Assembly (NCBI GenBank): GCA_022616235.1
Contig: JAKEFC010000077.1
Span: forward strand, 1-53,735
DNA: 53,735 nt
Source: Planctomycetota bacterium
GTDB taxonomy: Bacteria > Planctomycetota > UBA8108 > UBA1146 > JAKEFC01
Direction: 5' to 3'
Shown here one piece after another: positions 18,340 to 26,086 of the stretch. The translations under genes were made by a program, and so were the position numbers. How positions within the stretch are numbered: the stretch's first letter is position 1; every line of letters starts with the position of its first letter. The notes under the pieces are model-generated. The model saw only the letters and a program-made list of their open reading frames with translations, was not told where the DNA came from and searched no databases.

Positions 18340-19142
18340 GCGCTCGCCCGACCCGGCTCCGCCGCCGGCTCGACCTCGCCCGCGACGTGGCGGGTGCCGC
18401 TCTGCAATGTTCGAGGCGCATCGCCGGCCACTGGGGGAGCGGCCTCGTCGTCTTTGCAGCCGGCCTGACGGCATTGTTGCTCCAAATATCTCCGGAAGAG
18501 CCGGAGCAAGTAGACGTGGCGGTGAACCTCGAGTCGCCGCCGCACACCGTTCTGGTCGGAGGCTCGCTCTCCGCATGGTATCTCGCGCCGTTGGACGATC
18601 TGCCCCCGGAAGGATTCGAGGAATACGAGGATCTCGAGGGGGGTGGAGCCGCGGGCGGCCAGAGCGGTGCGGGAGCGGCCGGCGCAGGCGACGAGCCGCT
18701 AGGGAGAGCGCATCCAGCGAGCGGAGATCGGGCCGCGATCCACACCGTGAGAAAGGGACAATCGCTCTGGCAGATCGCCGAGCATTACTACGGGAGCGGC
18801 AAGGAGTGGGTCCGCATCCGCGATGCGAATCCCGCTTTGAAGCGCGATCCGTCGCGGATGCGCGCCGGAATGGCGCTCAAAGTACCGCTCGCCGCCGAGT
18901 CACCCGGCGAGAGCGCGAAGGAACGCGCGCCGGCGAAGCCGGGAGCGGGCGCGCGCGCGCGGGAGAAGGTCCATGTTGTGAGGCGGGGAGACGATCTCTA
19001 CACTATCGCACGCACCTACCGCCCCCATCAGGGGTGGCGCTGGCTGTACGACGCCAATCGGGGGAAGATCTCGGATCCGAAGAGGCTCCGGGTGGGGACC
19101 AAGTTGACGATTCCGCCGCGCAATGGGGACCTCCTGCCATGA
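18336..19142 (+). CDS. Membrane-anchored protein with two LysM domains
   Basis: The TM helix is GLVVFAAGLTALLL, followed by an acidic/Gly linker. LysM 1 is HTVRKGQSLWQIAEHYYGSGKEWVRIRDANP...GMALKVP. LysM 2 is HVVRRGDDLYTIARTY...LYDANRGKISDPKRLRVGTKLTIP. ATGA overlaps occur at both ends (murG stop and murC start). Confidence 0.8.
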   Translation: MSARPTRLRRRLDLARDVAGAALQCSRRIAGHWGSGLVVFAAGLTALLLQISPEEPEQVDVAVNLESPPHTVLVGGSLSAWYLAPLDDLPPEGFEEYEDLEGGGAAGGQSGAGAAGAGDEPLGRAHPASGDRAAIHTVRKGQSLWQIAEHYYGSGKEWVRIRDANPALKRDPSRMRAGMALKVPLAAESPGESAKERAPAKPGAGARAREKVHVVRRGDDLYTIARTYRPHQGWRWLYDANRGKISDPKRLRVGTKLTIPPRNGDLLP

Positions 19143-20536
19143 GGCCGATGGACGCTCCCAAGTGGGTGCACATCGTCGGGATCGCGGGATCCGCGACCAG
19201 CGGCCTCGCCCGCATCATGCAGGCGCAAGGCGCCGAAGTGACGGGCTCCGATCGAGAAGAACGGCGCGCGCTCGCGCTCTTGCGCGGCGCCGGCGTTGGG
19301 GTGCAAGCGGCGCATGATGCGCGCAACGTCCACCCGCACGTCGACCTCGTCGTGTATTCGGCAGCGGTTCCCGACCACAATCCCGAAATCCAAGAGGCGC
19401 GCCGTCTCGGCATTCCCATCGTGAGCTACGCGGAATGTCTCGGCGGGCTGCTCCGCGAGAAGCGCGGAATCGCGGTCGCGGGCACGCACGGCAAGACCTC
19501 GACCGCCGGCATGCTCGCTTCGATATTCATCGCCGCCGGGCGCGATCCTTCCGTCCTCATAGGCGGCGAGCATCCCCAGCTCGGGGGAAACTGGCGCCAC
19601 GGCGATGGCCCGGAATTCATCGCCGAAGCGTGCGAATTCAACCGGTCATTCCACTCTCTCCATCCTGCCGCAGGCATCGTCACGAACCTCGAGCTCGATC
19701 ACCCCGACATCTACGCGGACGAGGATGCGATTCTAGAATCGTTTCGCCGCTACCTCGCGGGCTTTCCGCCCGGCGCCACGCTCGTGAGCGGCGGCGACAG
19801 CCCGCTCTTGGCGCGTGTCGCGGCGCCGGAAAACCTGCGGCACCTGCGCTTCGGAATCGGTTCGGACAACGACTGGCAAGCGTGCCCATCCGCGGTCGGC
19901 CTCGCGCCGCGCTTCGAGATTCGCAAGCGCGGCGCCGTCTGGGGCACCGTGATGTTGAAGGTCGCCGGACTCCACAGCGTGCTGAACGCACTCGCGGCGG
20001 CGGCGCTCGCCGCCGAATTGGATGTCGAACGCGCCGCGATCGTGGAAGCGCTCGGCGCTTTTCCAGGGATCGCGCGGCGCTTCCAGCGCGTCGGGAGCAT
20101 CGACGGGATCGATCTCGTCGATGATTTCGCGCACCACCCGACGGAAGTACGGAGCACTCTCGAAGCGGCGCGCGAGGCGTTCCCGCGGCGGCCGCTGTGG
20201 GCGGTGTTTCAACCGCACCAGCACACCCGGCTCGGGACCTTTCGCGGCGCGTTCGCGGAAGCGCTCGCGGCGGCGGATCGGGTGGTGCTCCTGCCCGTGT
20301 ATTCCGTGCGTGAAGCGCCGCCGGCGTACCGCGACGAGCAGCTCGCCCTGCTCGAGCAGGAGCTGCGCACGCGCGGCACTCCGGTGCAGCGCGCGGGATC
20401 GCTACACGACGGGGCGGAACTGCTCGGAGCCCAGCTCCACGCCGGCGACGTGTGCCTCTCGCTCGGCGCCGGCGATGTGTATCACTTGACGGAAGAGCTG
20501 CGAGGATCGCTCGAGCGGCGGGGGGTCGCATCATGA
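19139..20536 (+). CDS. murC: UDP-N-acetylmuramate--L-alanine ligase
   Basis: Motifs HIVGIAGSATSGLA, VAGTHGKTSTAGM, DDFAHHPTE and FQPH are present. Confidence 0.95.
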   Translation: MRPMDAPKWVHIVGIAGSATSGLARIMQAQGAEVTGSDREERRALALLRGAGVGVQAAHDARNVHPHVDLVVYSAAVPDHNPEIQEARRLGIPIVSYAECLGGLLREKRGIAVAGTHGKTSTAGMLASIFIAAGRDPSVLIGGEHPQLGGNWRHGDGPEFIAEACEFNRSFHSLHPAAGIVTNLELDHPDIYADEDAILESFRRYLAGFPPGATLVSGGDSPLLARVAAPENLRHLRFGIGSDNDWQACPSAVGLAPRFEIRKRGAVWGTVMLKVAGLHSVLNALAAAALAAELDVERAAIVEALGAFPGIARRFQRVGSIDGIDLVDDFAHHPTEVRSTLEAAREAFPRRPLWAVFQPHQHTRLGTFRGAFAEALAAADRVVLLPVYSVREAPPAYRDEQLALLEQELRTRGTPVQRAGSLHDGAELLGAQLHAGDVCLSLGAGDVYHLTEELRGSLERRGVAS

Positions 20537-21411
20537 GGATTCGGCGCCGCGAACCGCTCCGCGACAAGACCTCGTTTCACATCGGCGGGCCGAGTCGCCT
20601 CTTCGCAGAGCCGGAGACGATCGACGAGTTCGCGGCTCTGCTCGCCTGGGTACACAGGCGCGGCATGCGCTGGTTCGTGCTGGGCGGAGGAACGAATACG
20701 CTGTTCGAAGATGGCGGCTTCGATGGCGTGGTGATCTCGACCGCGCGCTTGCAAAGGCTGCGCGTCGTCGAGGAGGGGCTGCTCGCCGCCGAAGCGGGCG
20801 TATCGCTCCGGCGCATGATCAAGCACGCGATCGGCCTCGGCTGGGAGGGGCTCGAGCGGTTCGTCGGCATCCCAGGCAGCATCGGGGGCGCGGTATGGGG
20901 GAACGCGGGCGGCGCCGAGCGCGCGATCGGCGAGGTCGTGGAAGCGGTCGTGCTCCTCGACTCCGACGGGACGCGACGCTGCCTTCCGGGGGATCAGATC
21001 GATTGGTGCTACCGCTCATCCGGCATCGGCGCCCGGGGGATCGCCGAAGTGTACTTCCGCTTGTGCCCGGGGAGCCGGGCGGCGCTCGTGAAGATGGCGC
21101 GAGCGATCATCCAGCGCAAAGGCCGCACGCAGCCTCTCAAGGCGCGCAGCGCCGGCTGCATCTTCCGCAATCCCGGCGGCGCCAGTGCGGCGCGATTGAT
21201 CGATGAGGCAGGGCTGAAGGGCGTTCGAATCGGCGGCGCCGCGGTCTCCGACCTGCACGCGAATTTCATCGTCAACGAGCGGGAGGCGACGGCGCGCGAC
21301 GTCTTCGACCTGATGGACTTGGTGCGTTCCCGCGTGCTTGCGCAGTTCGGTTGCGAGTTGGAGCGGGAAGTGGTCTCGCCGTGCTCCGGCGCGTTGATCG
21401 GCATCGGCTGA
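20533..21411 (+). CDS. murB: UDP-N-acetylenolpyruvoylglucosamine reductase
   Basis: Motifs TSFHIGGPSRLF, LGGGTNTLF, VGIPGSIGGAVWGNAG, SAGCIFRNP and HANFIVN are present. There is an ATGA overlap with the murC stop. Confidence 0.9.
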   Translation: MRIRRREPLRDKTSFHIGGPSRLFAEPETIDEFAALLAWVHRRGMRWFVLGGGTNTLFEDGGFDGVVISTARLQRLRVVEEGLLAAEAGVSLRRMIKHAIGLGWEGLERFVGIPGSIGGAVWGNAGGAERAIGEVVEAVVLLDSDGTRRCLPGDQIDWCYRSSGIGARGIAEVYFRLCPGSRAALVKMARAIIQRKGRTQPLKARSAGCIFRNPGGASAARLIDEAGLKGVRIGGAAVSDLHANFIVNEREATARDVFDLMDLVRSRVLAQFGCELEREVVSPCSGALIGIG

Positions 21412-21415
21412 CGCC

Positions 21416-22258
21416 ATGGCAAGGACGGAATCGAAGCCGCCAGCGGGCGCGTCCAGAGTACGCTATCTGACGGCGTTCGCGATGCTCGCGATGGTGGTCT
21501 CCGCCGCGTATTCGATGCGGGACTACGTGGAGCGGCGACTTGCGTTCGCGGCCGCTGGCTGGCAATTCTCCAACGAGTCCTTGCCGGCGTGGATGTCCGT
21601 GCGGGCGCGAGAGGATTGCGCGCGCCAGATCGCGGAGATTCCAGCGCGCGTGTCGCTCGGTAGCGCGTTCTGGCGTGAGGATCTCCGCGCGGAGCTGGAA
21701 GCTCTCTCGTGGATCGAGAGCGTGACCTCCATCTCGCGGTCCGGAGAGACGATCACTTTCAACGCGCGTTTCTTGCGGCCGGTCGTCGCCGTGCGGACCG
21801 CCGGCGGCTATTTGCTCGTGGATTCCAGCGGGCGCGTCATCGATCACGCGCACGGCGAGTATCTCTCGCGGGACTGGGGAGTACCCGGCTACGAGCCGAG
21901 CGCGGGACCGGCGCCGCTCATCGCTCCCGGCGAGCTGTGCGAAGACGAAGAGCTGAGCGAGCTGCTCGAGATCCTGGGCCCGCTCGCGGAAGCGGGCGCA
22001 TTCGAGGCGTGGCCGGGCGCGATTCGCGAAGCGGCCGCGGATCTCGGGCGCGAGCGCGATCGATTTTGGATCCTGCGATTGGCGCATGGCACGCCGGTCG
22101 AATGGGGCAGGGCGCCTTCTTCGGCGCTGCCGCAGTCCGTGGCGGCCTCCGCGAAGCAGCGCGGCCTCCTGGAGGTGCTGTCGGTCTGGCGGGAATTGGA
22201 GGGTGCGGCGCGGGTGGAGCTCTGGGTCGATGAGCGCCCCATGGTGGCGGCGCAATGA
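21416..22258 (+). CDS. ftsQ: FtsQ-like (POTRA-containing) division protein
   Basis: It has an N-terminal TM helix (YLTAFAMLAMVVSAAY) and a POTRA-like beta-alpha segment (LRAELEALSWIESVTSISRSGETITFNARFLRPVVAV..LLVDSSGRVI). It occupies the canonical position after murB. Confidence 0.6.
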   Translation: MARTESKPPAGASRVRYLTAFAMLAMVVSAAYSMRDYVERRLAFAAAGWQFSNESLPAWMSVRAREDCARQIAEIPARVSLGSAFWREDLRAELEALSWIESVTSISRSGETITFNARFLRPVVAVRTAGGYLLVDSSGRVIDHAHGEYLSRDWGVPGYEPSAGPAPLIAPGELCEDEELSELLEILGPLAEAGAFEAWPGAIREAAADLGRERDRFWILRLAHGTPVEWGRAPSSALPQSVAASAKQRGLLEVLSVWRELEGAARVELWVDERPMVAAQ

Positions 22259-23079
22259 CTGCCGCTCGGGCCCGCCGCGCGCCGCCGGAGCCCGACATCG
22301 TCCCTCCCTGGATCACACTGCTCACGGACTTCGGACCGCGCGACACTTACATCGGGATGATGAAGGGCGTCATCGCGACGATCGCGCCGCGCGCAGTGGT
22401 CGTCGACCTCTCGCACGGCGTCGCCCCGCAGGACATCGTGGATGGCGCGTACCTGCTCGCGACCTCCTACAGGTATTTTCCCGCGGGCACGATCCATGTC
22501 GCGGTCGTCGATCCCGGAGTCGGCGGCACGCGTGCGATCCTGGCGATGGAATTCGGAGGCTTCCGGTTCCTCGCTCCCGACAACGGGCTGTTGGGCGGCG
22601 TCCTCGGAGGCAAGGCCCCCGACCGTTTGGTGGAAGTGAAGAACACGCGCTACTTCTTGCCGCGGGTCGCGGCGACCTTTCACGGCCGCGACATCTTCGC
22701 GCCCGTCGCCGCGCACATGGCATTGGGAGCGAAGCTCGATGAACTCGGTCCCGCACGCGCGGAGATGCCGAAGCAGCCATGGCCGGAGGCGAGCGCGGTC
22801 CCCGGTGGCGTGCGCGGCGAAGTGATCTATCGCGATCACTTCGGGAATTGCATCACGAACATTCGGCTCGACGAAAACGCCGCCGGTACGGCGCGTGTCG
22901 CGGGGAAGGACCTGCCGCTGTCGAGCCACTACGCACAGGCGGCGCGCGGAGAGTTAGTGGCGCTTCGAGGAAGCTCCGGGTACCTTGAGCTTGCAGTGCG
23001 CGAAGGCAGCGCCAGCGAGCGCTTCGGGCTCGATCGCGGAGCGGGCATCCTCTGGATCCCGGCGGCGCGGAGCGGTTGA
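22255..23079 (+). CDS. SAM hydrolase / SAM hydroxide adenosyltransferase family protein (DUF62)
   Basis: Motifs ITLLTDFGPRDTYIGMMKGVI, DLSHGV, HVAVVDPGVGG and LAPDNGLL are present. There is an ATGA overlap with the ftsQ-like stop. Confidence 0.85.
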   Translation: MTAARARRAPPEPDIVPPWITLLTDFGPRDTYIGMMKGVIATIAPRAVVVDLSHGVAPQDIVDGAYLLATSYRYFPAGTIHVAVVDPGVGGTRAILAMEFGGFRFLAPDNGLLGGVLGGKAPDRLVEVKNTRYFLPRVAATFHGRDIFAPVAAHMALGAKLDELGPARAEMPKQPWPEASAVPGGVRGEVIYRDHFGNCITNIRLDENAAGTARVAGKDLPLSSHYAQAARGELVALRGSSGYLELAVREGSASERFGLDRGAGILWIPAARSG

Positions 23080-23300
23080 CGATGCCGAGAACGAGTGCGT
23101 TCACGCTGAAGGCGCGATCGTCATCGGACGAGTCGAGCAAGAGATCGAATTGAAGATCGCGCAGCAGTTCGCGGCAGCCATTCGCGGAGCGGCGAACGTC
23201 GTTGGGCGAAGCCGGAGCGCCAAGGACCCCGGGAGACGTGCCGCCACGGCGGAATGCGTGAGGATCGACCGGAGAAGCGACCGGAGGAGCGAATCATCGC

Positions 23301-23537
23301 ATGGCAACGCGTGCACCGCGCAAAGATCGCTACCGTATGTTCGGCGAAGTCGCCTTGGAGCAGGGTTTCGTCACGGCGTCGCAGCTCTACGAAGCGCTCA
23401 CGGTGCAGGCGAGGCGTAAGGCGGAGGCGAAGCCCGACAAGCTTCTCGGCCAAATCCTGCTCGAGCTGGGATACATGGGCTCCGAACAAGTGCAAGCCGT
23501 GATCGACGTGCTCTTTCCGGTCGATGCGGAGCGCTAG
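23301..23537 (+). CDS. Stand-alone MshEN-motif protein (78 aa)
   Basis: Two copies of the xLGxx(L/V/I)(L/V/I)xxG(L/V/I)(L/V/I)xxxxLxxxLxxQ-type motif are present: MFGEVALEQGFVTASQLYEALTVQ and LLGQILLELGYMGSEQVQAVIDVL. Confidence 0.6.
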   Translation: MATRAPRKDRYRMFGEVALEQGFVTASQLYEALTVQARRKAEAKPDKLLGQILLELGYMGSEQVQAVIDVLFPVDAER

Positions 23538-23784
23538 CGGCCTTCGCATTGTCCGCGGCCAAGACGCGCTCCAGTCGGCAACCTCCGGATTGCGACTTCC
23601 GGACGGCGTCCGGCGCCGCTCTGCTGGCTTCCGGGCCGGAATCCGGTAAATTGAACTGCCGTAAGTTGGACTACCCTCGGCCGGCGCGCTCCCGCCTCGG
23701 ATGAGCGCAGCGGCCTGCGACCGAGGCCTCGATACGACAAGCGGCCAGGACGGCTTCGAAGTGCCGGCGCCGCCGGGAGATCCC

Positions 23785-25581
23785 ATGGGAGTTACTCTTC
23801 GCTATTGCGACCTGTGCGGCAACAAGCTGGAGAGCGCGAACATCGATTCGCCGGAGACGCTGAAGATCAAGGACAAGATCTTCTGCGGCGCCTGCCGCCC
23901 GAAAGTCTTGGCAAAGCTCGAGGCTCAAAAACAGAAGGCGCAAGGCACCGCTCCTGGCAGTGTGGCGCCGCAGATGGCGGCGCCGCCGCCGGCGGCGGGC
24001 GGCAGCGCGGCTTCCGCACCACGCGCCGGGTCCCGCATCCCGGCCCGAGTCCCGGCTCGCGTTCCGGAGGAAGCGGGCGCGGCGCGTGCGGCAGGCGGCG
24101 CGGCGACCTCCTCCTCGCCCCTTTCGGCGCGTCGCGCCGGCGCGCCGCCTGAAGCCGCGGCGCGGACCGGCGCACCGGCGAGGCCGTCGTTCCAAAGTCG
24201 CAGCAGGTCCCCCAAGTCCGCGGCTCCCGAAGAAGTCGGCGAGCGGACCGTCCGCGTGCGCGCGCCTTCCAAGATGCCGATCCTCATCGCGTGGGCCGCG
24301 ATCGCCTGCGGCGTGATAGGCGCCGTGGTGTGGTACGTGAACAGGGATACCCCCTCGGACACGACGACCACGGCAATTCCGGTCGCCACCGCTCCGAAGC
24401 AGCCGGATACCGCCGAACGGGCGCGTAAGGCGCTCGACGACGCCCGCGCGTACTGGGAGGCGAATCCCGCGGAATACCGCGCCGCGCACGACAACTTCGA
24501 AAAAATCCGGAATACGTATTGGACCGAGTGCGGCAAGGAAGCGCAGGAGCTGCGCGACCAGGTGATGCGATCTTGGAAGTCGAGCGCCGATGCGGCGCTC
24601 AGCAACAAGCTGAAGCAACTGAACGAACTGCAAGACGCCGATCGTTTCGTCGACGCCGTCGAGGCGTGCAAAGAGCTTGAACCGATCATCGTCGACTACT
24701 CCGGATTCGTGTGGCCGGAGTTCGCGGAGTTCCAAAAGTTCGCACAGGAAGCGAAGCGGCAAGCGGAGGCGCACGCCTACCTTGCCGAGCTGTTGGCAAA
24801 GGGCAAGCCCTACGCGGAGCAGGATGCGGCGGATATCGCCGGCGAGGTCCTCAAGCAGTTCAAGCCGGAGGACTACGCGGGAACGAAGATCCACGCGGTC
24901 TACGAGCGCTACAAGAAGCAGATCGAAAGCGGCGGCGTGAAGGCGTGGCAGGAAGTGCAAGAGAGCGCGGAAGCCGCCGCTCTGGCGAAAGCGAAGGAAA
25001 AGGAAGAGGCGGAGCGAAAGCGGCGCCTCGAAGAATGGAACCAGGAGCTGGCGACGCGGAAGTGGGAAGCGCACATCGGGCGCTTCGATCTCTACAACTG
25101 GGCCTGCCGCGCCGGCAATTGGAAGCTCGAGGTACAGGGGGGAATCGGCGTGCTCGCCGGAAACAATCAGAACAACGCCACTTCCTACGCCGGGCTAGCC
25201 CATTCGCATTGGCAAGACTACGTCGTTCGCTACGAAGCGAAGATCGACAAAGGCTCCATCAAGCTGTCGCCGCGCACCGCCGTGATCGGCGGCGTCGACA
25301 ACGGGCGCGTCCGAGATCAATCCGAGTTGATCGAGATCACGGCGGAAGATCTGGGTGCAGGAAAGTGGGTGGAGATCACCATGGAGGTACAGCAGGAGAG
25401 CGTGCGAATCTATCGCGCGGACAAGAGCAATACCGAGCCTTGGAAGAGCCTCACCGGTGGCGACGAATACCGCCTGCTCCCCGCCGGCGGGCTTCTCATC
25501 TATCTCTCCGACGACACCACGGCGACGATCCGCAAGTTGGAAACGAAGCTGATCAGCGACACGCGCCAGCGCAAATATTAG
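23785..25581 (+). CDS. Zinc-ribbon / TM / helical / jelly-roll-like C-terminal domain protein
   Basis: An N-terminal zinc ribbon is present (CDLCGN...CGACRP), followed by an Ala/Pro-rich linker. The TM helix is ILIAWAAIACGVIGAVVWYV, followed by a helical region. The C-terminal ~170 aa resemble a DUF1080/LamG-like beta domain (W..G.W...G.., HWQDYVVRYEAKI); this last assignment is tentative. The start was chosen at ATG 23785. Confidence 0.7.
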   Translation: MGVTLRYCDLCGNKLESANIDSPETLKIKDKIFCGACRPKVLAKLEAQKQKAQGTAPGSVAPQMAAPPPAAGGSAASAPRAGSRIPARVPARVPEEAGAARAAGGAATSSSPLSARRAGAPPEAAARTGAPARPSFQSRSRSPKSAAPEEVGERTVRVRAPSKMPILIAWAAIACGVIGAVVWYVNRDTPSDTTTTAIPVATAPKQPDTAERARKALDDARAYWEANPAEYRAAHDNFEKIRNTYWTECGKEAQELRDQVMRSWKSSADAALSNKLKQLNELQDADRFVDAVEACKELEPIIVDYSGFVWPEFAEFQKFAQEAKRQAEAHAYLAELLAKGKPYAEQDAADIAGEVLKQFKPEDYAGTKIHAVYERYKKQIESGGVKAWQEVQESAEAAALAKAKEKEEAERKRRLEEWNQELATRKWEAHIGRFDLYNWACRAGNWKLEVQGGIGVLAGNNQNNATSYAGLAHSHWQDYVVRYEAKIDKGSIKLSPRTAVIGGVDNGRVRDQSELIEITAEDLGAGKWVEITMEVQQESVRIYRADKSNTEPWKSLTGGDEYRLLPAGGLLIYLSDDTTATIRKLETKLISDTRQRKY

Positions 25582-25730
25582 AAAACTCTCAGGTTCCTTT
25601 CGCAAAGCGCGCTCGCGGTCGCGGCCCAGTGGCTTTGATTCTCGGCGCTCCGGCTTCACGCCAAGGAACGCGCGTCCGGCCCGCCTAGTCCGAGCACAAG
25701 CGCCGTTTCTTTCCAACGTCGCTTGTTCTC

Positions 25731-25802
25731 GAGCCTAGGTCGTCGTTGCGCATGGCCTCCCGTCGCATGTCATCGTGGCAGCGAGAGCGGCGTTCATTTT
25801 TT
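25731..25802 (+). repeat. Copy E (partial) of the intergenic repeat family, upstream of groEL1, ending in a T run
   Basis: It starts with GAGCCTAGG (family start is GAGCCTATC). GCCTCCCGTCGCATGTCATCGTGGCAGCGAGAG resembles the reverse complement of copy A (GCCTCCCATCGCATCGCTGGAG) and the family core (TCGAGCGAGAG). TTCATTTTTTGGG follows. Confidence 0.45.
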
Positions 25803-25816
25803 GGGACTCTGTCACT

Positions 25817-25845
25817 TTGACAGTCGCGTGGTAGGTGCCACCTGT
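25817..25845 (+). promoter_or_regulatory. Candidate heat-shock (sigma32-like) promoter for groEL1
   Basis: TTGACA-N15-CCACCTGT compared with the consensus TTGAAA-N13-15-CCCCATNT. There is no acceptable TATAAT at sigma70 spacing. The site is embedded in a short inverted repeat, CTGTCACTTTGACAG. Confidence 0.3.
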
Positions 25846-26086
25846 AAGGCGATCGTAAATCGTTGCGACAAATAGCTTTGTGCATGCTCCCTCCTGGCGA
25901 GATGGCCACTCCTTTGCGCAGGCGGCTCTGAGTGACTACGCTCCCAGCCCCGCCGGCGAGCATCCTCGGCGGGGGAACGGAGCGGCGTCCGGTGGGTGGG
26001 CGTCAGGCTCGGAAGTCCGAGCGATCGAGGCGGGGTGCTTGGCGGCACCGTCGTTCGCATTCTTGGCGAGGGAAGGATCCATCGTA

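Noticed and set aside
23538-23784. A possible further copy of the repeat family between the MshEN gene and the zinc-ribbon gene (CTGGCTTCCGGGCCGG versus CTGGCTTCGGTCGG).
   Set aside because: Only about 14 nt of loose similarity exists in GC-rich sequence, with no flanking modules. This is indistinguishable from chance by eye.
25880-26086. N-terminal extensions of the track ORFs for groEL1 (from 25880) and groEL2 (from 27711). Similar extensions occur for murC, murG, ftsW, hemW, tilS, purB, rsgA and yacG.
   Set aside because: The canonical N-termini (MAKKVTFEKEAR, MAKQIFFDDAGR and so on) begin at internal ATG/GTG codons with SD sequences or 4-nt overlaps. The upstream extensions are junk-like or run through neighbouring genes.
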